64,000 nt of DNA, taken from Mobula hypostoma (Eukaryota). The stretch is taken from contig NC_086097.1 in NCBI RefSeq assembly GCF_963921235.1, positions 165,604,001 through 165,668,000 on the forward strand. The letters are read 5' to 3'. A program made the translations under genes and the position numbers. Positions 11,269 to 23,250 of this stretch are shown here, piece after piece. Below the pieces are notes generated by a model. That model saw only the letters and a program-made list of their open reading frames with translations. It was not told the DNA's origin and made no database searches. The first letter of the stretch is position 1. Each line of letters opens with the position of its first letter.

Positions 11269-12060
11269 TATTTACCCTTCTTGTTTTTTCTTCACTGTTT
11301 TAATGGAGGTCGGGATTGAGGACGTGATTTTAAGTTTAACTCTGTTTGGTTTCAAGTTAGCCCATTGCTTTGCTTTGCTTTTAGTTAGTTGCACGGTGGG
11401 TTTTTTTTTTGGGGTTTTTTTTTCTTTTTTTTTCCATTGATATATATAAAATCTAGTATACTATTATGTTATCTTGGTTTCTTATGCTTAAATTACATTG
11501 TTTGTAGTATTTTCTTTTTGGTATTGTTATCTTTTGGAATTTTATTATACTTTAACATTGTATTAATGTTTATATGGCTTACCTTTTTTGTATACTTACT
11601 CAATAAAAAGATTTAAAAAGAAAGAAAGATTTCTGAATGGACAATAAACCCATGCACACCACCACACTTTCCCCCCTCTTTTTTTTGGTCTCTTATTACA
11701 CTAATTCTTTTTTACACATATTTCTTATTGTAATTTATTGTTTATGTATTGCACTGTACTGCTGTCACAAAACAAAAAATTCCATGACATATGCCAGTGC
11801 TATTAAACCTGATTCTGATTCATGAACACTCTTTCAAAAGACTCTTGAAATCCCAAAAGACATCCCTCATTTTCATTAGACTGCCACTTAAAACCTTTCA
11901 TCAAGCTTTGAGATCATCTGAAAAGGAAGATACAGTGGAGGCGGGGGAGAAAGGAAGAGATCAAATTGATTTCTATCACTCGTCTGTTCACTCTGGGGAA
12001 ATGGATGAAAACAATGGGGATTAGGAAACTACGCAGTCAGATATTAAAATTAAAATTCCT

Positions 12061-12273
12061 GACACAAACAAGAGAAAATCTGCAAATGCTGGAAATCCAA
12101 GCAACACACACAAAATGTGGAGGAACTCAGCAGACCAGGCAGCAGCTATGGAAAAAAGTAGTCGATGTTTCGGGCTGTGACCTGCTGGAGGGTCTTGGCC
12201 TGAAACGTCAACCGTATTTTTTTTCCATAGATACTGCCTGGCTTGCTGAGTTCCTCCAGCATTTTGCGTGTTG
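12061..12273. mobile_element. Short fold-back (inverted) PLE terminal-repeat insertion
   Basis: Two inverted arms of the PLE 3' repeat; 12-bp TSD ATTAAAATTCCT (12049-12060 / 12274-12285). Confidence 0.85.
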
Positions 12274-13424
12274 ATTAAAATTCCTTAGGAATAGGTGGAT
12301 ATAGGGATTGGGAACAGAGTAAAAAGCAAACATTTAGAGGCAATTTTACTTAATGGAAACAGGGTGCCTCATGAGTATCAGCCACTCAAGCTGGTGACTC
12401 ACTACAACCTTGAAGGACAATAGCAGACAAAAAACAAAATGCTGGACTTGCCAGCATGAATTAGTTAAAACAATGAATTAGCAATGCATAATTAGCTATT
12501 GAAAGGTATTGAGAAAAATATCAAAATTGTTGTTTATTGCTCAAACTGACTGAATTATTTTTGTGTTAGCTAAACAAATACACACACTAATTTAAAAAAC
12601 CCATCTTCAGCCTTAAATCCTCATTATCCAACCTACTTCTACATTAGTGCACAGTGGACCAGACTTTTGAAACTTTGTACGCTTATAGCTAGTTAGTTTA
12701 AGCAAAAACTGTTCTTGCCTTATTCTCTTCCAATTCCCCACATAATTTTTGTGGTCACTGAAATTTTGCCTCATCAGATATATACATCTGCATCTGATTA
12801 CTGGCATCTCTTCTCACTGTTCCAGCCCTAACACCTGCCAACAGTTCAGAGGAAACGGATAGAACTCTATTACAGGACATGTCCCACACTGCTGCATACA
12901 GGAAGGATGAAGCATGGCAATTTTCCTATTTGTACTTCCACAGACTGCTGTATTTACAAGGAAAATACCTTAAAAACTTGGGACACTGAATTAACACTAA
13001 ATCCTGAAAGGAAACAGGAGTCAAGGCTAAAGGAAGACACACAAGCCAGGTCAACCTTCGGGTAATCAGTAGGCCATTTAGGAGACGTTTCCACAATGAT
13101 GAATTTGGGACAGTTTGGTGATAATCAAAGAGGTTTGAAGTGTTATAATTTCTTTTAAAATAAAATGAACCTAAATCATCTGGAACATGGAAGGAAGGAA
13201 TTATGAAAGCTTTCTGATGACAATCGGAAACTCAAACTCAGCCCTACAGCATCTCTAAAAAAATAAATAAAATATTAAAAATCTCAAATAGAACAACCAA
13301 TGGAATTCATTGAACAAAACAATGACAGCAAGAAGGAGACAAGTATAGCAAAACAAATGAGGTCACTTCATTCCTTACCTACTAAAGATTCAGAACTTAA
13401 AAAAAAACTTCTTAAAAAACTTAC

Positions 13425-13583
13425 CCAACGTGAAGGGTCGCTGATCAGATTAATGAAGAGCGAAGATAGCTTTGTTCTACGAACTTCCTGAGAGGTTGCA
13501 CAAGAAACACCCATAAAGCATTCGGCACATGCTTTCCGCACTCCCCACACATTATCAGAGCATAGCTGGAAGAACCTGGGTAA
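13425..13583 (-). CDS. PPP4R1: PPP4R1 coding exon 9 (LPRFFQLCSDNVWGVRKACAECFMGVSCATSQEVRRTKLSSLFINLISDPSRW)
   Basis: gtgtag|TTACCC...CGTTGG|gtaagt; 159 nt. Confidence 0.96.
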
Positions 13584-14739
13584 CTACACAGAAAAACCCA
13601 AGAAAATATTATTTTCAATTATAGTTGCCAGAATATTTTAGGCAGTAACATTCAAGGAATGTGATTCACAGATACTGGGTTACAGCTACACGGAGGTATT
13701 CATTTTAAAGTCAAACTCTTGAGTTTCCAAAAACAGAACCAAGCACAATTCAAACTAAAATTAAAATATTGTCAAAGCTTTAGCAGTAAATAAGTGGGAA
13801 TTCCTAAGTTTTATGGAGCAAGATGTCCCACAGCAGTGTGAGAGTGCCAGCAACAAGGGATGGTCAAAATAATCTGAGGTTTAAAAATTAGCTTTGTGCA
13901 AGGGTCATTCAAAACAAAAATAGGCAAGAAAGTCAGTCCACACAGATATTACTTTCAAACTGTTGCCACTTCAAAATTCACTGTAGATTATATCCCCAAC
14001 AGCCGAAGGAAATAGATGAAAAGCAAACTGAGATGATGCTTCAAAACTGAACTCCATACATTTAAAATATACAGGACTTAAAATGTGGTCTCTGCTGAGT
14101 TTTTTCTCCAATCCTGGTAATTGCTCTCAGTTCCTGAAAATTTCAGGCAACAAGTTCTATCTGAAGTCTGCCATATCCTCACACCCACAAAAGGCATATA
14201 TTGGGGAGGGGATCAAAATCAGCTTTAATAACCTCACTCTTGCTTTGCTCGAATAGCCTACTAACACTCACTGCCAAAGTACACACATTAAGGATGGTTC
14301 TTAGGTAATTACCAGAAGGCTGACGACATCTGTTGAACCTTACCCCCAGGATGAGCCTTCTAGGGAAAGGGAGGAAAAGAAGGAAATAGGAAACAAATAA
14401 ATGAAAATAAAAACACTAAAACCTATTTTGTTCTACCTGTTGCAAATAGTTGATATTGCCAACATCCTCAAGAGGTGCAAAAAGAACCAAAATAGAAACA
14501 CACGACAAGTACTGTACTGGAGTACTAGTTTTTGAAGTGCTTTCTTTCAAAACATAACACTATGTTGATGTACAAATATATATAATTAAATGCAGTCCAA
14601 TTACATAAAATGGTACTTATTACAAATGAATGGAAAGCAAATTTACCCCAATTATTACTCATGGGTTGGATCAAGTACTGTACAGTGCTTGACAAGCTCA
14701 GCAAAACCATTAACCTTCTTACATGATGTCTAAACTCGC

Positions 14740-15140
14740 TCATCCTAACATTACACCTAGGAACTTACTCCATCTGCCCACTCTTCCCCCAGTGAATTAT
14801 CCACCCACCTCACTTGCCTTACTTCATTCCATACTCCACCTTCCTTTCCCATCAAATTCCATCGCCTGCAGCCTTTGCTGCCTCCACCTCTCACCTCCCA
14901 GCCTCTGTTGGTATTTCCACTCGTTTCATTTGCCTATCACTCTCCACATCTGGATCCACCTTTTGCTTGCCCCACCTATACTAGCTACCTCCCCTCTATA
15001 ATAATCAATCCAGATGAAGGGTCTCAAGGTGAATGCCAACTGCTCATTTCTCTCCACAGACGCTGCCTGACCCATTGAGTTGCTCCAGCATTTTGTTTAT
15101 TGTCAAGAACCATAGATCTGATTGCAGATTTGCAAATATA
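14740..15140 (+). mobile_element. Old PLE 3' terminal-repeat fragment
   Basis: Pyrimidine-rich tract followed by a degenerate gatgaagggtctc...gctgcctgaccc...ctccagcattttg motif. Confidence 0.6.
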
Positions 15141-15226
15141 CCTTTATATTTTAAAAAAAATCCTTTTTGCATCCCTTGATGGCCAAAGTTGATATGTTGT
15201 GTTATCATCAGCCTATGCATACTTAC

Positions 15227-15292
15227 CAGCAATTCTTCAGTAGCTTCGCGACCAACAACACTGGATATATCCCCAATATTGGCAGCGCACAC
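15227..15292 (-). CDS. PPP4R1: PPP4R1 coding exon 8 (VCAANIGDISSVVGREATEELL)
   Basis: tctcag|GTGTGC...TTGCTG|gtaagt; 66 nt; preceded by an 88-nt intron. Confidence 0.96.
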
Positions 15293-15380
15293 CTGAGAAA
15301 GGAAGTCAAATAGTCTTGTACAATTAAACAAATAAAGCCAAGCAGAGAAATCAATAAGATGTGAATATATATACACTAAC

Positions 15381-15488
15381 CTTTCGAACATGGAACATCC
15401 GACAATCACAGCACATTTCACAGAATCGGTGCAGTATATATCTTTCAGTGATAGCTTTCCCTACCATGGGGGCCATTTTGCACATTAT
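15381..15488 (-). CDS. PPP4R1: PPP4R1 coding exon 7 (IMCKMAPMVGKAITERYILHRFCEMCCDCRMFHVRK)
   Basis: ttgtag|ATAATG...CGAAAG|gttagt; 108 nt. Confidence 0.96.
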
Positions 15489-16791
15489 CTACAATTAAGT
15501 AAAAAGTGAATGCAGTGAGTAAAAAGACAAAAGACATTTCATATTCTTTCAAAAGTTACAAGTGAAATATAAGACAAAAGATATCATTGGAACAATCCTA
15601 ACATCAGTAGAAGTTTTGTTCTGTTGGCCAAAATCAAACTGCTTTGATGACACAAATTATTTCCAAATTCAGAAATCTGAGTACAACGAAACCACTGGGC
15701 TCATCAAAATTAAATTGAATCCCTGTGAAGACCCATTCTCTTTCCTCTGTCTAACCCTGCAAATTATTCCTCATCCAGTACCTTTCCAAATTTTCTTTCA
15801 AAAGGCATTGCTTTTGTTTTACCACTTAATTCCAGGTGCTAACATTCCTCTGAAGTAAAAATGTTCCTCTTCCCATTTCCCTTGGATCTCCCCAAAATTG
15901 AAATATGTACAAGTGAAAAGTTCACTCTTTATCAAATCAATCATGACCTCGTTCACCTCTATTAACTTTTAAGACTTCTTCCCTTCAAGGAAAGCTGCAG
16001 CTTCTCCATTTTCAGCTTACGTTAAGTCCCTCACCTCTGAAACTATACCAATAAATTTTTTCTAGGACCTTCACATCCTTCTCAAATCTGGTGACCAGAG
16101 CTGGTTGCAATATTCTCTTGTGACCAAACCAGAATCAAACTAAGGTCACTTATACTTTTCATGGTTCTGACCTTCTCATTCATCCATCTCCCTCTCACTT
16201 TCTCCCCCAAGTACAAAACCCTTTCAGGGACTCTCCACACAAATCCAGGCCCAATTACGTAATTGCTGACCCAACTGCCAGACCCCAATGTTGACTGCCA
16301 ACTCAACCTTGAACACTGGTCCATAAACTGACCATACCTACACCCTTTGGCCCCTCACCTAGTCAATGACAGCACATTCATGCACAGAAAATTTCACACC
16401 AACATCTTGTCATTGCTGAAGCTTGCAATGGTAGGCCCAAAACATAAATAGTTGCCAACACACTCTGAAACGACTATATTGGCTACTACACCAATGGACA
16501 ATTTCCACAGAGATTTTCTCACAAGTGATATTTCATCTCTCTAAGCTTTATAAATTTGTGACATCATTTCACATGTGAATCCTATCAATCTTAAATTTAG
16601 TATTTTTTGCCACCATTTAACTGCTTTCTTTCTCATCACCAAAATGGACAACTTCCATTACAAATTCCTTTCCAATGTTCCTCATTTTACCTTATATATT
16701 TTAAATTGTCATTACCATTTTGTGCCCAGATCTCACTAAAATGTTATTAAATTCACAATTATTAATTTAAAATAATTGTCATTTCACTTAC

Positions 16792-16938
16792 TGCTACAGC
16801 TTCTGTTTTCAGATCATCATTGCTTTCTGGAGCAGTTAGATCCAGTAGAACTGGACATACTTTGGTCTCCACATCGTATCTTTCGATTATCTCTTGTTCT
16901 AGTACCACTAGCAATGCTGCCTGACTTGTCTTTCTCAC
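16792..16938 (-). CDS. PPP4R1: PPP4R1 coding exon 6 (VRKTSQAALLVVLEQEIIERYDVETKVCPVLLDLTAPESNDDLKTEAVA)
   Basis: ttgtag|GTGAGA...GTAGCA|gtaagt; 147 nt. Confidence 0.96.
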
Positions 16939-17903
16939 CTACAAGTAGTAAAGGAAGCTATCATGTGACAGGTTACAAAACCACAAGTTTCACAAACAAA
17001 ATATGTACATCTTAATTAATTGACTGACTTGGAAGTTGAGTGGGAAAAATACATAACACTAGTACTGTTATTACAAGTGGTGTTTCTCCAGAGTCATACA
17101 ATTATCGTTATAAAAGGGATTTCAAAATGTTTTAATTATGATGTGGGAGAAGTTCAAATGCCACAACCTTCAAGCTGAGAAATGCACAATTAATAGATTA
17201 ATAGAATCTAACAAAGTAAATTGTGGAGACAGGAGATTGCAAATACTGGAATCTGAAGCAATAAACAAACCGCTGGAAGAACTCAGCAGGTCCGTGGGAA
17301 GGAAAACATTGACAGTTCAGGTCAAGACCCGACATTAGGACTGAGAGTTGAAAGGGAAGAAAGCCAAAATAAAGAGGGAGGAAGGGGTGAGGCAGGAACC
17401 AGTAAATGATAGATGGACCAAAGGATTGTGGAGGATGATGGACAAAAAGAGTCAGTCAGCAGGGGAAAAATTCCAAATCCTAATCAGGAAATAACAGGTA
17501 GTATGCCTGTGGCAAGGACTTGTACTTGGATCCAATGTGCATTTTCAACCTAAAAGCAGAAATCATTCGCCACAAACGAGTTACTAAGACAGCTCTCTAC
17601 AATTATCAATAATTAATATAGCATGATAGGGTCTTGGATGAGAGTTGAAAGAAACAAGAAAAATTGTTTAATTTGTGGACCAATTACACATAAAATAAGC
17701 AGTTTACAAACTTGGCTATTTGTATATGGAGACATATTACAAGATATAAATCAGCAGAGGGTTATCATCCTAATAAGCTTACATTTGAGGTAGGACAGAA
17801 GTTTGCATAGGTTCACACTCAAACAGAAAACCTCTGAATAAATGTTCTCAATGAGAACTAAAGCATTCAGTGAACCATTTGCAGAAAGAAGAAATAAAAA
17901 TAC

Positions 17904-18046
17904 CTGGTTGTTGGGGTCTGCAAGGCATCTAACCATGAAGGGCAACAAATATTTGGAGAAAGCATAAGAAATGGAAGGCCTATTTTCCTGGCAGAATATG
18001 GCAATGTGAGGCACCTGTTCCATCAACTCCGCACGGACAGTTGGCT
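17904..18046 (-). CDS. PPP4R1: PPP4R1 coding exon 5 (EPTVRAELMEQVPHIAIFCQENRPSISYAFSKYLLPFMVRCLADPNNQ)
   Basis: ttacag|AGCCAA...AACCAG|gtattt; 143 nt; HEAT-repeat region. Confidence 0.96.
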
Positions 18047-18999
18047 CTGTAAAGAGAATGGTTTCATCACAATGAGCAGTAAACACAATAACTTAAGAGC
18101 TTCAGATAATTTACTAGGTGATGACAGATCAGCTTAGACTGCATTCTGAACAGAAAATTGTTTAAAAATGCAGAAAGAGGACAATTGCTTGCATTTAATG
18201 CTAAATGGCCTACAATGAATTTGAAATGTCTATAGTTAAGAAAATGGTAATGATATGTTATTTTCCTCAGCTTCCCCATGTTTGTAGCTTTTGACATTCA
18301 CATTTGATTCTCTGCTTATTTCTCTATTTCAACAACTTCCTTGAGCCTCCCAATTTATTCCATTAGTGACTCATTAAAACATTGACAAGCAAATGCAGCA
18401 GCCATGCAAACTTCATTGTAGCATACTCTGAAGCTAAGGAGCTGATAAATAATCTAAACCACTCTATAAAAGTTACTGAAATATGCCTTTAAAATGCACT
18501 TCGTGTCATATCAATTGATTTGCTTGCTAAAGTGTCAAAGTACAAGTTCCACAACTCAAATGAGACTTATTTACCTTCAGGCAGGGCAAAAATTAACATT
18601 TTAATAACTCACCAAGGGTATACATTATCTTTTGGTGAATACATTTTTCTTCATGTTGTCTCACCTGATTCCACTTTCCCTTATTGACACATTGAGATTT
18701 TATAACATACTATACATCTCCTCCATGGGCCAATGAAAAAAAAATAAATTTCCAGCCCTTTAGCTGTGAAAAAAATTGCACACCTAACAACAGTCCCGAA
18801 TGCAGGCAAAAAAAAAATCTGTTATTTGCCTATTCAAATCCTCTTCAATTCCTGGAACAAGTTTAAACTAAGCGTGCAGAAAAATGCAGCACTACAGTAA
18901 CTAGGAGCAAATCCAGTCCTGACAATGGTTGCATTAGTCATCACTAATTATGGGCAGTAAAATAATATGTAGTTCAGTGTTAAGCATTTTTTTTTGGTT

Positions 19000-19293
19000 T
19001 AGGAGATATAGTGCAGAATAGGCCCACCCGGCCCTTCAAGCTGCGTGGCCAGCAGCCCCCAGATTTAACCCTAGCCTAATCATGGGACAATTTACAATGA
19101 CTAATTAACCTACTAACTGGTAGGTCTTTGGGTGGGACTAACTGGTGGGAGGAAACCTGAGCACCCACAGGAAATCCACACATTCCACAGAAAGGACATA
19201 GAAACCCTTACAGACGATTCCTGGATTGAACCCTGAACTCCAACACCCAAGCTGTAATAGCGTTACGCTAATGGCAACACTACTGTGACGCTC
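19000..19293 (-). mobile_element. tRNA-derived SINE (V-SINE/HE1-like)
   Basis: Minus strand shows a tRNA-like head with ggttcaatcc B-box, a central ggtttcctccc domain and a CR1-like tail. Confidence 0.65.
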
Positions 19294-20352
19294 AGTACAT
19301 GCATTGAACGGAAAACCTGATTAACAGCAGCATGTTATGATATGTTGTTGGTCACTGATTTTATGAAATTCTAATCACACTTCAAAATGAATTGATACAG
19401 ATGTACTGCATTGTTTACAAAATTCTATTTCTTAAATGCTCAGATAAACACTCAAATCTTTCCTCACTTATATTTCATGTATCACAACCATATCCTGTCT
19501 TCCTCCTCACATCCCAAGAAAAATCCAAAAAAGATACAAAGCCTTTTGAACAAACATGCAAATTAAATCAGAGTAAATTGGTCTAAATTTTCAAACACTA
19601 TTATATTGCCACATCATAATTTCTAGCAACTGTAGCTGTGGCAAAGGAAATGCACACCTATAAATGAGTCCAAGCTTAATTTGGTGTAAAACTTCCTACT
19701 GCATTAATATACCCTCCAGCACACCAGGGCTCCAATTCCCACAATTCCTCCAGTACACTGGAGACAAGTATCTGCACTTCCATGAAATTACTCTAGTTCT
19801 ATTTCCCCATGCCATCTTAAGACTTAACAGGTTCACTGGAAAATTTATTGTAATATTAAACAATGTAGCAGCTAAAAGAAGTGAACTGAGTCAATAGTCC
19901 AGAAAATCTGCCTATCCAGTACGAAAGTACTGATTACGGTTTTTAAAAGAAGTTTTCCTTTATTCAACTGTGGTCTCTAACATTAAACATGGTATATGAT
20001 GGAGCAACATCCAGCACTGTTTCAGAAATTGCGTTACATTTATATTCTGAAAGTAGAATACTTTTGTACAGCATTCACATTAGAGAGTGCATTTCTGTAC
20101 AATAATGTCAGAAAAATTAGCAATGGCTACAAACCAGTTCGTGTAATTGAAAAACAAACTCAGTTAAGACCAATTCTCTTTACTCCTTATACAACACCCT
20201 CTTAATCGGGTTTAATATCACTGGCATATGTCATGAAATTTGTTGTTTTGCAGTAGCAATACATTGCAGTATATAATAAAACTAAATTACAACTTTTAAA
20301 CTCTATATAAAATTTTCCTACACATTATAGATTATATGTAGAAGCTGATTAC

Positions 20353-20459
20353 CTGGATCTTCTGCTAGTTTACTTATTCTTTCGAGCACTGCGAGGCAGT
20401 CTTTTTCATCATCGCTGACTGCCCGCAGCGTGTCCAGCAAACCTCTTGCTACCATTTGT
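20353..20459 (-). CDS. PPP4R1: PPP4R1 coding exon 4 (QMVARGLLDTLRAVSDDEKDCLAVLERISKLAEDP)
   Basis: aatag|ACAAATG...GATCCAG|gtaatc; 107 nt; phase fits both neighbours. Confidence 0.96.
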
Positions 20460-22309
20460 CTATTAAAGAAAATAAAATTCAAATTCAAAATACTTCAACC
20501 TTTCACCATACTTCTGTAAAGAGATGTTATATTTTTCTCTTCTCCACTTCAAAGAATACTTTAGATTTGATTCACCTATAATCACACAGAAAGACACACA
20601 AGTGGTACAAAATTGCATCAAATTCTGATTTCAGATGTTATTCTTTGAGAAAAATCAAGCTAATTCGAAATTCACCTGTCATGTACTCAAATTTTCTGAT
20701 GATTAATTAGACAGCATTGGCAGAAGCCTAGAAATAAGCGCTGGTCTTCTCAGCTACATTAAAAAACATTCTTTACACCATGCAAAGTCCTTTTATTTTG
20801 CAATGAAGCAACAGGCAGAGCAAGTACTCAGGTTTTCAATGACGTTGTCAATTTTATTTCCTCAGATTGGAACTACAGAAGAATGTCGTCCCTCCTGGCA
20901 GTAAGAGATACTTAGTCTAGCAGAAGCACTACTGTATACTGTTTTGCTTGGGTCATACTATTCCTTCTTCTGATAGACTATTTTCAGATGTTTCACAGTA
21001 TTGTTCCACAAGCAGCTGGATTTTTCAAAATTGAACTACTTCTTCGCCTCCAAAAGCTGGGCTCCACAATAATTCAGTAGTAATCAGCATTCTTCAATGT
21101 GAAACTAACCCAAAAAGGGCCAAAATCTTATTTAATACTCTGAGCCAAACTGATAGATTTGATCCAAGATAGTGGCATCAATTGATTGTTGACCCACCTT
21201 AGCAACACAGGAAGGATGATTTAAATTAGATGGAGGCTATCAGCATAAATTATTAAATTCTGATGGGGGGAAAAAAAAACAAAATCTTCATCCAGGACCA
21301 ATCTGTCCCCAAAGTAGGGGAGGGGAAATGGGTAACCAGACAATCTACAGAATGACTTCCACCATCATTACAGAGAATACATCTTCCACTGCTACTGCAA
21401 AAGTCAGTTGGATTTAGAACTTTCTATTGCTAAAATTTGGAATTAAACAACCAAGCTGAAGTTTAATTTTATTAGTTCATGAAGTAGGAAAATTTGCAGG
21501 ACCATGTGCATTGGACAACAAGCAAGTTAGAATGGGATGAACAGCCTCCATGAATTGTATGACTCTAGATGAATGACTTCTTTGTAAAGAAAATCAATTA
21601 TACTTGATAGAAAAATGTTGTTCTTTTCATTAAATGTAATACCCAATGCTATCTACCCTGTAACATAAACTGATAAGCATTCACAGGCTTAGTTGCAGTA
21701 AAATAATCCAATTACATTAAAATGGAAAATTTCATTTAGTTTTTCTGAAACTGGCAAAATGGTAAATTTCTCTACAAAGTACTTTAACAGATTCTAATTG
21801 ACAGTGCATAACGTCAGTATGTATTTTGCTGTTAGTTTGTGCCTTACCTATTTCCTCATTGCTAAGTTAAAGCTCTGACTGACAACAAGCTGTGCCATTG
21901 AGTAACAGATAGTAGAGATACCAATTTCTATACAGAGTAGCTATTAAAAATGTACTAACATGCAGGAAAATTTTGAATATTTGGATGTTATTCTATTTGA
22001 ACACAGAAACATATCTAGAATTATTGCTAAGTGCCATCCCATACCTACTAGCAGAAGCTCGATGCAAATCTGTACCTGTCTTTGTATCACAATACATTAC
22101 ATAACACAGATATGTACCAAAAAGTTAAAAGCTTGGATCGGAATTGAAAACAACTTTGCTTCTTCAAATTTTATTTATACTCGGCTCTGTGTTAATCCCA
22201 CTTTGCTTTAACACTGCACTAGCAAAAAGCTAAAGTTGCACTTCCAGATACATGCGTAAAAAACTGGATCCAAAATCTGCTTGGCAATAGAAGATGAAGA
22301 TTTACTTTT

Positions 22310-23250
22310 GACATTGGTTGCCTGTGACTGGTGGTGTTCCAAAGGGAGAAATGCTGGGATCCTTGCTGTTTGTAAATAATTTGATTTGAATAGAAGTGGC
22401 ATGATCAGTAAGTTCACACATAATGTGAAATCTGGTGAAGTTGCTGATGGTGTGAAAGATGTTCTTAAACTATAGGGTGATATTGATGGGCTGAGTAGCA
22501 GCAATGGAGTTTAATCCAGACAAATGCGAGTACTCATGAAGTACTAATAAAGCTAGAACACCACAAATGTTAGGGTCATAAGGTGCTGAGAATCAGAGGA
22601 ACATTAAGATACAAATTTACAAATATTTGGAGGTGCACCAAGAGGTTGATAATGAGGTTAAGGTATATGGGATACTATGCTTCATGAATACAAGAACAGG
22701 AAAGCTAGCTCCAACTTAATAACACATCAGTCAGACCTCAGCTGAAGTACATGCATTTCTAGTCAGCACACTATTAGATAGACAGGATGGCAATGGGAGA
22801 GGCTACAGAAATTCACGAGGAAATTGCCTGGGGTGAAGAACAGCACTGATTGAATGGAAAGGCTAAGTCTGTATTCCTTGTAGCAGAGGAAGTTAAAAAA
22901 AGGCATGTTACAACTACATATAATTGAGATTATAGACAGGGTTGACGGCAGGAAATTATTCTCTATATCAGAGGCAGATAAAACTAGAGGACATAGGTCA
23001 AGGATAAGGGGTGAAATATTTGAAGGATGAAAGGGGGCCTTTATTTTCCTTAGTGGTATCTGGAATACACTGACACAGTGAAAAAAACAGTTGCTTACAG
23101 CATTTAAAGAGAGTCTAGATAAGCAATTGAAATCACCTAGGCATAGAAGGCTATGAGCCAAGAGCTGGATGAAGGGATTAACATAATGGGTTAGTGACCA
23201 CTGGGTGGTGTGGACAAGATGGACCAAACAGGCTGTTTTCTTGTCAAATG
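22310..23250 (+). mobile_element. Degraded CR1 LINE 3' fragment
   Basis: Similar to the CR1 RT/3' segments at 30570-31550 and 57100-58100, with many stops. Confidence 0.7.

Larger units (their letters stand above)
5714..11626 (+). mobile_element. Full-length L1-clade non-LTR retrotransposon, antisense in PPP4R1 intron 9
   Basis: 5' end GGGGGACTTCCGG; two open ORFs; AATAAA at 11602; A/GAAA tail; 9-bp TSD AGATTTCTG (5705-5713 / 11627-11635). Confidence 0.95.
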
